Notes under the pieces: generated by a model
The model's input: only the letters and a program-made list of their open reading frames with translations
The model's database searches: none
What the model was told of the DNA's origin: nothing
Program-made: the position numbers and the translations under genes
Assembly: GCA_045605345.1 (NCBI GenBank)
Contig: JAZUPT010000009.1
Coordinates: 5,553 to 69,552 of the forward strand
Reading direction: 5' to 3'
From: Candidatus Spyradenecus sp.
GTDB lineage: Bacteria > Verrucomicrobiota > Kiritimatiellia > RFP12 > DVOR01
DNA length: 64,000 nucleotides
Shown here: one piece after another, positions 47,179 through 55,124 of the stretch
Numbering within the stretch: position 1 is the stretch's first letter
How the letters are laid out: each line of letters opens with the position of its first letter

Positions 47179-48132
47179 TTACTTGCGCTGCCTCAACCAT
47201 GCCTCTGCCTGCTTTGCTTGATACCGCTTCGCCACCTCAAGTGCTGTCTTCCACTTCGAAGTAGGCTCGTTTATTTTTGCGCCATGCTTAAGTAGTAGTT
47301 CCATCAATGCCACATCATTCATTGCCACCGCTGTATAAAAAGCCGTCAACCCATTCTGCGGCACTGCATTTACATCCACACCCTTTTTCAACAACGTCGT
47401 GATGAGTCCTGTGGCATTCTCCAACTCCATTGCAAGCATCAGCGTGGTAGCCCCCGACTTTGCCCACTTCACCTTCACATCCGCGCCCATTGAAACGAGC
47501 ACCATCGCCGTATTCCCATTCGCCCGCTCTAACGCAATCTGCAAAGCCGTCTCCCCAGTGGGGGTGCGTGCATTAACATCAGCCCCAGCCTTCACCAAAT
47601 GCTCCACACATCCACCTGCCCCATCCCAGGCGGCATGATGCAACGGCATCCAGCCTTGCTCATCCTTTGCAGAAGGATCGGCACCATAACGCAACAATGT
47701 CTTCGTGCTAAACACCTCACGCCCCTGAATAGCATAATGCAACGCCGTTAACTGTTGCTTACAACACACATTCGGATTTGCCCCCGCCTCTAACAATGCC
47801 ACAAGAATAATATCATGGCCGAATCTTGCCGCCATCGAAAGCATTGTAGCCCCTCGTTCATCCAAACGATTAAGACCACCCTTCGGCACAAGCAATTCAA
47901 TGCCCTGCTCCGTCTCCGCCAATCCTGCCACGCCATAACGTTGATACGCACGCGCCACACCGCGTTGTTTAGCATCAGACGTCACCACTGAACCATCCTC
48001 TAGAACAAAGGTGACATCCTCAGCCCAAATGAGCGGATTATCCGTGTACTTAATTGACACAGAGGGTGCCGCCTGCACCGCAAATCCCAATCCCAAGCCT
48101 ACAATCAAAGTAAACATCATCCGTTTCATCAT
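47179..48132 (-). CDS. exported ankyrin-repeat protein
   Basis: Signal peptide ending AVQA; repeated TALHYA/PLHHAA...LLxxGADVN units. Confidence 0.92.
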   Translation of the reverse strand: MMKRMMFTLIVGLGLGFAVQAAPSVSIKYTDNPLIWAEDVTFVLEDGSVVTSDAKQRGVARAYQRYGVAGLAETEQGIELLVPKGGLNRLDERGATMLSMAARFGHDIILVALLEAGANPNVCCKQQLTALHYAIQGREVFSTKTLLRYGADPSAKDEQGWMPLHHAAWDGAGGCVEHLVKAGADVNARTPTGETALQIALERANGNTAMVLVSMGADVKVKWAKSGATTLMLAMELENATGLITTLLKKGVDVNAVPQNGLTAFYTAVAMNDVALMELLLKHGAKINEPTSKWKTALEVAKRYQAKQAEAWLRQRK

Positions 48133-48281
48133 AAACCTCCGTTCAAAAACAATTAATCACGCTGCCCGCCCAAGGCTTTTAGGAAACAACGTACAGATAA
48201 ACCGTACATCCCAAGTAAAACGAGGACACCGCAGCCCCCGTAAGACCATTAAAGAAATTATACATCTCAATTTCTCCTTCC

Positions 48282-48488
48282 TTATGGTAAATTCACCCAT
48301 GGTTTATAGTGATTTTGTACGCAACGACACTTCAAAAACGCATGCGACGGCGCCGGATAGAATGGACACCGATGCGCACTTCCATCGCACCGCAATCGCC
48401 GCCCGTATTCTACCAAAACGCGCTCGCCACTCCAATGTTGACACGTGCCACAACACTGCGCCGGCAATGTGATATACCGATCCGACAT
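48282..48488 (-). CDS. small Cys-rich putative metal-binding protein (68 aa)
   Basis: CCGTCQHWSGER...C...C...CRC...YKPW; AAGGGA upstream. Confidence 0.55.
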   Translation of the reverse strand: MSDRYITLPAQCCGTCQHWSGERVLVEYGRRLRCDGSAHRCPFYPAPSHAFLKCRCVQNHYKPWVNLP

Positions 48489-48530
48489 AATCCAATGAGT
48501 TCCCTTTACCTAAAGAAATTCACCTCAGCG

Positions 48531-48689
48531 TTATTTCTCTTCAGCTTTTGCTCGCTCAGCCTTTGCGCGCCACGCTGCAGCCTCATCAGCCGACTGTGCT
48601 ACACCTAAGCCCTTCTCATAACACTTTGCAAGCACCGTCATAGCATCAGCACACCCTTGTTCGGCCGCCTTGCGATACCACTTTACCCC
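48531..48689 (-). pseudogene. 5'-truncated, frameshifted Sel1-repeat gene remnant
   Basis: Manual translation VKWYRKAAEQGCADAMTVLAKCYEKGLGV, frameshift at GTGTAG near 48602, then AQSADEAAAWRAKAERAKAEEK*. Confidence 0.75.
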
Positions 48690-48765
48690 CTAAAAGAATG
48701 AATGTAAGAATAAGTAAACTTACCAATAACCAAGTCATAGCGATTACCTTTCTACTTCCAAAGCG

Positions 48766-48795
48766 CTCAAACATCGCACCACATGCGAACAAATT
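48766..48795. repeat. 30-bp direct repeat, left copy
   Basis: CTCAAACATCGCACCACATGCGAACAAATT. Confidence 0.92.
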
Positions 48796-49375
48796 CAATA
48801 ACCTTATCAGTTAGCCAACCGACTTCTGACACATTAAATAATCGCGTTGGTCGATAATGCATTTCTTTAGCATCACCTTTCGTTGCCACATCAATAAGAT
48901 CTTTTCCATCATTTCCGTGCTCCTTACACCCAAATAGCATGTCTACAAAACAATTTTCATCAAACCATTTCTGGTTCATTGCCCAAAAATTTAACGGCAA
49001 CTCTTCTGTCAATTCTTTAAGCTTTCCATTTTTTATTTTCGTTTTAACCAATATAAAGAAAGAACAATGTGGCCTCAACAATAACGGAGCATTTTTATCT
49101 GCATTAACCGTTATTCCAGGAAACACAATATTCACCGCCAACCATTTATCCTCATCCGTTCCATTACAGTTAGCCTTATCACCATCCTTGTCTAAACATT
49201 TTTTAGAATTAGCTAAAAACATGTTTAATATACAATTCGGCTTCGCCAAAAGTGAAATCATTAAGTTTTTCGTATCCAGACTCCAATTTTTACCGCGCTT
49301 AGACGTCTTAATGAAATCTTTTACAATATTTGACCTAATCCGAGAGACACAACCTTGTGCACGTAAAATACTCAT
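48767..49375 (-). CDS. hypothetical protein (possibly the 3' remnant of a longer gene, or an immunity protein)
   Basis: 202-aa ORF with AAGGAG upstream; its last codons lie in the left direct repeat. Confidence 0.5.
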   Translation of the reverse strand: MSILRAQGCVSRIRSNIVKDFIKTSKRGKNWSLDTKNLMISLLAKPNCILNMFLANSKKCLDKDGDKANCNGTDEDKWLAVNIVFPGITVNADKNAPLLLRPHCSFFILVKTKIKNGKLKELTEELPLNFWAMNQKWFDENCFVDMLFGCKEHGNDGKDLIDVATKGDAKEMHYRPTRLFNVSEVGWLTDKVIEFVRMWCDV

Positions 49376-49476
49376 GGCATTACTCCTTCTTTCAACAAGT
49401 CTTCTAATTACTTAACACTTTTTCAATCTTTGAAAGAGAATTTACAGGTCGTTTACCACAATCAAATCATCATTAT

Positions 49477-50307
49477 TCAGTACAATGGAACTGCATGAGT
49501 TTTCATCATCAAATCTATCGCATTCGGTTGTAACATTAATTCGCAAAACTTTGTTATTCTTGCAAATTCTTGTTTCTTGTCAATGACATGATACACGAGC
49601 ATTACCGCTCCTGTTCCAGCAATCGCAACAAGCGCAACTCCACCTGTAAGAACCACCGCACCGAGAGCGGTTCCACCTCCGCCAGCAGCGATAGACCCAC
49701 CCCCAAGCCATGCCAATGTCGCATTAGTAGCAGCCGCACCATGCAATGAAGCAATAGCCGTCCCCGTACTTGCTGTTCCCCATGCCGAAATAGCAGCAGT
49801 CGTTCCCCAGCCCGCGGCAGCACCAAGGCCTGCACCTACACCTGACGCAATAGCCATTCTATTCGCGGTTTTCAAATCTACATACCCCATATACCAACTG
49901 CCATATGCAAGGATTGAACCTACAAATATCCCACTAGTTGCCGATGAGAAGACACTGCCAAGTGTAGTAGCAGAACACCCTAGAGTGTGCCCTAAACTCT
50001 TAAACAGCCCTTGCACCACTCTCCATTGAGTAAGTCCAACTTCAAGATATTGAGCACCGAGTGTTCCTAAAAAAACAGCACCACCTGTAAAACCTAGTTT
50101 TTCATAATCTATTTCACCAATTGTAAAGAATTGTATACCTGCATCAAGCGCTACAGCAACAACACTTGAAATTCCTGCTTGTTTAGCAAACGCCCCCAAC
50201 ATTTGTAGTTTGCCATATGGCGTAAGTATATCTTTGGTTGTAGAATTAATTTTTTTAGCAAGGTTGGCAAGTTCCCGTTCTGAATAACTAGGGAATTTAT
50301 CTTTCAA
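49477..50307 (-). CDS. glycine-zipper/hydrophobic helical domain protein, likely the C-terminal half of the upstream ORF
   Basis: GTASTGTAIASLHGAAATNATLAWLGGGSIAAGGGG motif; weak TTG start; frame open upstream as REIAKSL. Confidence 0.7.
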   Translation of the reverse strand: MKDKFPSYSERELANLAKKINSTTKDILTPYGKLQMLGAFAKQAGISSVVAVALDAGIQFFTIGEIDYEKLGFTGGAVFLGTLGAQYLEVGLTQWRVVQGLFKSLGHTLGCSATTLGSVFSSATSGIFVGSILAYGSWYMGYVDLKTANRMAIASGVGAGLGAAAGWGTTAAISAWGTASTGTAIASLHGAAATNATLAWLGGGSIAAGGGGTALGAVVLTGGVALVAIAGTGAVMLVYHVIDKKQEFARITKFCELMLQPNAIDLMMKTHAVPLY

Positions 50308-51179
50308 ACTCTTTGCAATTTCACGTCAACATCCTTTGAAAATTTTTCTTTTAAAACATCTTTCAAAACTATTCGCTGAGTTTCTGGCAACTTGCTAGCT
50401 TTTTGGGTAACATCTAGCGTTGACGCATCTTTGATGGCGATCGTCATATCATTACCTTCAGGAATAATTTGAAATAATCGTGAGCGAAATCTAATTATTC
50501 CTTCTCCAGCTGCAGACAAATATTTACCATACACCTTTGCAAGTTTTTGAGCTTCTTGCAACTCTTCTAGGCTCCCAGAAAACTTCCACAAATCTTTGGA
50601 GCTAGCTCTCCAAAAACAAACTTCTTTACCATTCTTAAGGACAACCATCATCTCATGTTTGCCGCCTAATGGTGGAGCTTTTTGAATAGTTGTCACTTTT
50701 GAAAGTTGATAATAGCGATCTCCCATTTTCTGCAATCTAGGTTTAATCCAGCCTCTTGTCAACTGCAATCCATCTTTTGTTTTTGAAAGCTGACTTGTAT
50801 TATACTTAGATTCTCCAACAATAATATCTTTTGGAAGTGCTGTTTTTGGGTCTATTTTTAGGAAAATATGATCAATGCCTTGTGACCCAACTCGCGGTGA
50901 GATGGAATGCCAGTTTCCTGTTTTTTGTAAGGACGTCTGCAAAAACTTACTCGCAGCAATACTTTCCCCAACGACACCTTTAATACTTGTCCTCCCCGCC
51001 ACATGTGTTCTGGCGAACGCGGATGGGGCATTGGATAGCATCGATGAATATGCGGTCACTCCAGAAACAACACCAGTTCTAATCGGATCAATAAAGTCTT
51101 CATCTCCTGCAACAACTATACGTATTGCAGACAAGAGAAATAAAACGATGCTAAATAGTTTAAGTTTAAATCCGCTCAT
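50304..51179 (-). CDS. signal peptide plus PD-(D/E)xK-type toxin-like nuclease domain (PoNe-like)
   Basis: KGVVGE...QGIDHIF...IIVGESKYNTSQLSKTKDGLQLTRGWIKPRL; hydrophobic N-terminus. Confidence 0.65.
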   Translation of the reverse strand: MSGFKLKLFSIVLFLLSAIRIVVAGDEDFIDPIRTGVVSGVTAYSSMLSNAPSAFARTHVAGRTSIKGVVGESIAASKFLQTSLQKTGNWHSISPRVGSQGIDHIFLKIDPKTALPKDIIVGESKYNTSQLSKTKDGLQLTRGWIKPRLQKMGDRYYQLSKVTTIQKAPPLGGKHEMMVVLKNGKEVCFWRASSKDLWKFSGSLEELQEAQKLAKVYGKYLSAAGEGIIRFRSRLFQIIPEGNDMTIAIKDASTLDVTQKASKLPETQRIVLKDVLKEKFSKDVDVKLQRV

Positions 51180-52909
51180 TAGAAATCCTCTAATTGTTTA
51201 ACATTTTTAAATGTCGCTTTTTGATACTGCATCTCTGCTTTGTTAGGTAACTGATCATAAATAATCTGATATATGTTATTGTAAAGAGAATTAACATCTG
51301 GGAGCAATAACGCAGGATTGATTTCAAATATATAATTCCTAAACATTTCTTGTGCGATTTTGTCCTTAATAATGAGAGTTGAATTCCATTGTTTTATTGC
51401 CTCGTTCAACTTCTTTATAGCCCACTCTTGATATGCTTTATAGCGTTCTTGCGAAAGACTTGTAACACGCAAAGACAGAGACTCTACTTCCGCTGCTAAA
51501 GTTTTTCTTAAATCTAAATCATAGACGGAAGACAATAACGGCTGAAATTCTTTTGAAATCTCTGTGATTCTAGTAATGCGCGATGTATATGTACAATCCT
51601 CAAATGAAATATTACGACACCGCGCAATCAAATCTTCTATTTGCTTTTGCGAGGAAGCAGATGCAATTAGATTTAATTTCTTATCAATCAAGGAGATATC
51701 CCCTTGAAGTTGTTCTGCCATGGATAGAAAATCCTGATACTTACTACAATCAGAACTCCAGATTTGCGACAACAAAGTATTCGCTGTTTGCAATTGATTT
51801 CTTGCCGTCAATATTTCTTCAGGCGTAAGTTGTTTTTTGCCCACCAACGCGTCAGATTTTGCGACAGAGTTCTTTACAGCAGAAATTACTGTTACCATTG
51901 AATAAAGTCCCGTTGCATAACTTAAGTCCTCTGCGAGTTTTTTTTGCTCTTCTTGGGAAAGTGAAGCATCTGCAAGTAAAGCTGTAAGCGCCTCAACTCG
52001 TTCTTTCAATAGAGATTCATTGACATCTCCGTTAGCATAAATATGGGAAATTGCAAGAGAACCATGTTCAAGTTCTGCAATGCTATCCGCAACTGCGGCT
52101 ACGATTTCTTTATTTCTTGCGTCAGACTCAACTGAAACGATGCGATCTCTTTGGTCAATAATACTTGTTTTCATAGAAATAACATCGAGAACATCCGATG
52201 ATGCAACTTGAAAAACCGCCAAATCTAAAATATTAACGAATTGATCAATATCAAATGTTGACAAATCTTGCTTTTGATACAATAGTTCGTTGTAAAACTT
52301 GATGTACACCATATTTGATGAGTCATGATTAATAGCATTTAGTGCGTAAACCATTGCCAATTGCAACTCTCCTTGTTCTACCGCTTTTTTTGCCATACTG
52401 ATAGCCATTTCGGCATTAATTTGATTTCTTTGAGATGATTGGACTACAGTACCAACATCCCCGTTCAAATTTGCCAATCCGAGAATCAACTGATTTTGGG
52501 CTGAAATAATTTGATTAAATCGCGCATCCAGTTTATCAAAAGCTTCCATTTGCTTGGCGTTTTCAACAATGCGCGCGTCCAAATGCTCTTTTTCTTTCGC
52601 AAGTTGTTGAGACAATGTTGTCATCGCAGCAACCGTTGTTTCACGAATAGCATTCAACTCTACCACAAAATTAGTTCGAGCCACTTCCACCTGCAGAAGC
52701 AAAGAGTCTCTAGCGGTTTGAACACTTCCGTCAAAAGCCTCCATTTGTTGCACACACATTGAAGCTTTCGTTTGAAAATTCTTGTACTCTGCATGTATGT
52801 CAGAAACATCACGTATAACCTTTTCGTTATAGTAAATCTGTATACCGATAAAGGCCGCCTGTATTGTAATCACAAAGAAAAACAATAGAGCAATTATTCT
52901 ACTTTTCAT
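51179..52909 (-). CDS. membrane-anchored coiled-coil/TPR-like helical protein
   Basis: N-terminal TM, long heptad-rich region, TPR-like AKKAVEQGELQLAMVYALNAI; GAGGTG RBS; TAATG coupling to the next gene. Confidence 0.75.
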   Translation of the reverse strand: MKSRIIALLFFFVITIQAAFIGIQIYYNEKVIRDVSDIHAEYKNFQTKASMCVQQMEAFDGSVQTARDSLLLQVEVARTNFVVELNAIRETTVAAMTTLSQQLAKEKEHLDARIVENAKQMEAFDKLDARFNQIISAQNQLILGLANLNGDVGTVVQSSQRNQINAEMAISMAKKAVEQGELQLAMVYALNAINHDSSNMVYIKFYNELLYQKQDLSTFDIDQFVNILDLAVFQVASSDVLDVISMKTSIIDQRDRIVSVESDARNKEIVAAVADSIAELEHGSLAISHIYANGDVNESLLKERVEALTALLADASLSQEEQKKLAEDLSYATGLYSMVTVISAVKNSVAKSDALVGKKQLTPEEILTARNQLQTANTLLSQIWSSDCSKYQDFLSMAEQLQGDISLIDKKLNLIASASSQKQIEDLIARCRNISFEDCTYTSRITRITEISKEFQPLLSSVYDLDLRKTLAAEVESLSLRVTSLSQERYKAYQEWAIKKLNEAIKQWNSTLIIKDKIAQEMFRNYIFEINPALLLPDVNSLYNNIYQIIYDQLPNKAEMQYQKATFKNVKQLEDF

Positions 52910-52936
52910 ACTTTCACCTCACATTTTTCATCGCGA

Positions 52937-52966
52937 CTCAAACATCGCACCACATGCGAACAAATT
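52937..52966. repeat. 30-bp direct repeat, right copy
   Basis: Identical to 48766-48795. Confidence 0.92.
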
Positions 52967-53326
52967 TGGTTACTTTGCTTGTTCTGGTTCTAACATATAG
53001 CACGCACGCAATCTACCACTAGCTCGTTCAAAGCCACTACTTACCAACTTTTGGTACCAAATGATAGCTTTTTCTATGCACTGCTCCATCCCTCGATGGA
53101 ATACTGTCCAGAACATCCATTAATCCTAATACACCCTATACCATTCTCAGCAATTCCCATATTCATCTTGTACATCCTCTTCCTTCTCAAAGGCACGAAA
53201 AAAGGCGTGCCTCTTGTTATTGAAACTCTCTGGAACGAAAAATACGCGTTAACGCATCTTTTAGTGCGTATGAGAGGTGGTGAGAGGGCGCATCACGTCT
53301 TCACCCCAATCAAACTATGTATCTAT

Positions 53327-53355
53327 AGCATACTCCCCTCTACATAAGATTGCAA
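53327..53355 (-). promoter_or_regulatory. sigma70-type promoter pointing into the AT-rich cassette
   Basis: Minus strand TTGCAA-17bp-TATGCT. Confidence 0.5.
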
Positions 53356-53574
53356 GCCTTTTTACTTATTTCGGCTGTCAGCGCAACCGAAGGCCAAACA
53401 AGACCGAGCATTTCTTCTATGACTAATGCCTTAGTGCTTCTGCCTCTCCCTTTTTAACTCAACGTGAGCGAGGGGATTTTCTTCTTTTCTTAAAGGGGGT
53501 TTGATATAATCACATCACTGAAAGGATGTGGTGCTAATTCTTTCTATTCATCATTTTTGCGAAGAGGGTGTTTT

Positions 53575-54282
53575 ATGGAATTTCAAGATAAGGTGGTCGT
53601 CATTACCGGTGGGGCTCAGGGAATTGGAAAGTGTTGCGCAGAGGTTTTCCAAAGTAAGGGGGCCCTTGTGCAGATTATTGATTGCCAATCTGGCCCATGG
53701 TTTGTGGGAAATCTTGCCGAAAAGTCGGTATTAGAAGCATTTGCCGCAGAGGTTATTGCGCGCTATGGCCGCGTTGATGTCTTGGTCAATAACGCAATGC
53801 CTCTTTTTAAAGGGATTGATGCGTGCACCTATGAGGAATTTGCTTATGCTCAAGCAGTGGGCGTAATGGCCCCCTTTTACTTGGCGAAATTATTCAAGGA
53901 TGCCTTCTCGCCTGGCGCCTCCATTATCAATATCTCCTCCTCTCGCGATCGCATGAGCCAACCCCAATCCGAGAGTTACACCGCCGCCAAGGGTGGTATC
54001 GCCGCCTTAACGCATGCCTTGGCGGCGAGCTTGGCTGGACGCGTCCGCGTAAACTCGATTTCTCCTGGCTGGATTGATACCACAAACACCCCCTACACAG
54101 GTCCCGATGCTACCCAACACTTCGCAGGGCGCGTGGGGCATCCTCTCGACATTGCCAATATGGTCTGCTATCTCGCTTCTGAGAAGGCGAGCTTTATCAC
54201 TGGTGAAAATATCTGCATTGATGGCGGCATGACGCGCCAAATGATTTACCACAATGACTGCGGATGGACCTTTCAGGGGTAA
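53575..54282 (+). CDS. SDR family oxidoreductase
   Basis: TGGAQGIG, VNNA, YTAAK, NSISPGWI, ITGENICIDGG. Confidence 0.95.
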   Translation: MEFQDKVVVITGGAQGIGKCCAEVFQSKGALVQIIDCQSGPWFVGNLAEKSVLEAFAAEVIARYGRVDVLVNNAMPLFKGIDACTYEEFAYAQAVGVMAPFYLAKLFKDAFSPGASIINISSSRDRMSQPQSESYTAAKGGIAALTHALAASLAGRVRVNSISPGWIDTTNTPYTGPDATQHFAGRVGHPLDIANMVCYLASEKASFITGENICIDGGMTRQMIYHNDCGWTFQG

Positions 54283-54316
54283 TCAAACCGCACGCCCCTG
54301 CCCGCTTTTGGCAGAC

Positions 54317-55093
54317 TTAAGAAAGCTTCGTGGCCACCTCTGCAAGAATCTCTAAAAGGGTCGTTTTTCCTTCAAATTGTGCCTTCGTGAAGGAGTATTC
54401 GGTCATTTGAGGAAGTTGTTCCGTGAGCCAGGCAATATCTTTTGAGGTAACAGGGCGCGCCGTTTCAATCGATTGCCCCAAACGGAAGACACTTTTCTGT
54501 GCATAAGAATAGACCCAAATGGGGTTTTCCTCTTCCACCCCAAGATTTTCTTCCATGACCTCAAGATTTTCGGGACATTCACAACTATCAAGAATGTAGT
54601 CTTTATCTTCAGGAACGGCAAGGAGAAAATCAAATAATGCAGGTGTCTCAAAGTCAACTGTGTTTAAGATAAAATTAAATGTGGTAGCCGATATGGCCGA
54701 ATCTAAACGACACGACCATTCACGATGCTCCTCTTCCGAGAAGATTTCCTCTCCCCATTGACGCAACGCTTCACGAAGCTCCTCCCACGGCACACGTTTT
54801 CCTGTCGGACGAAGGGTGTACTCTCCGAGCAATCGCGCATTCGCTTTTAATTGCGGGAAGCATTTGCCCAAAGCCATCCGTATCATTGAGATGAGGCCAT
54901 AAGTTTGCCAAGTGAAATCGACTAATTCATAGATTTCGCCAAACGTTTCAATAAAACGCAATTGCTCTATGCGCGCTTTCATCCCTGGCAATTCACGCCC
55001 TAAAAAGCACCGTGTGATGACCTCTCCTTGTCTTACGCGAAGCGCAAAACTAAGAAATCTTTCGTTGCCACCACTAACATAAAAGCGTTTCAT
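54317..55093 (-). CDS. hypothetical protein
   Basis: 258-aa ORF with GGAG upstream; no recognised motif. Confidence 0.65.
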   Translation of the reverse strand: MKRFYVSGGNERFLSFALRVRQGEVITRCFLGRELPGMKARIEQLRFIETFGEIYELVDFTWQTYGLISMIRMALGKCFPQLKANARLLGEYTLRPTGKRVPWEELREALRQWGEEIFSEEEHREWSCRLDSAISATTFNFILNTVDFETPALFDFLLAVPEDKDYILDSCECPENLEVMEENLGVEEENPIWVYSYAQKSVFRLGQSIETARPVTSKDIAWLTEQLPQMTEYSFTKAQFEGKTTLLEILAEVATKLS

Positions 55094-55124
55094 TCATGAT
55101 CTCCGTTTTGCAAGAAGCCATCAA

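Larger units (their letters stand above)
48766..52966. mobile_element. AT-rich cassette bounded by a 30-bp direct repeat; no integrase visible
   Basis: Abrupt drop in GC, four co-oriented ORFs, identical 30-mer at both ends. Confidence 0.7.

Noticed and set aside
48766-48795. Integron attC site or tRNA-derived att site
   Set aside because: There are no RYYYAAC/GTTRRRY ends, no long attC hairpin and no similarity to tRNA 3' ends.
50304-50330. Programmed -1 ribosomal frameshift joining the nuclease and zipper ORFs
   Set aside because: A TGA in the new frame leaves only a short window, which contains no X XXY YYZ slippery heptamer; a deletion or sequencing error is simpler.
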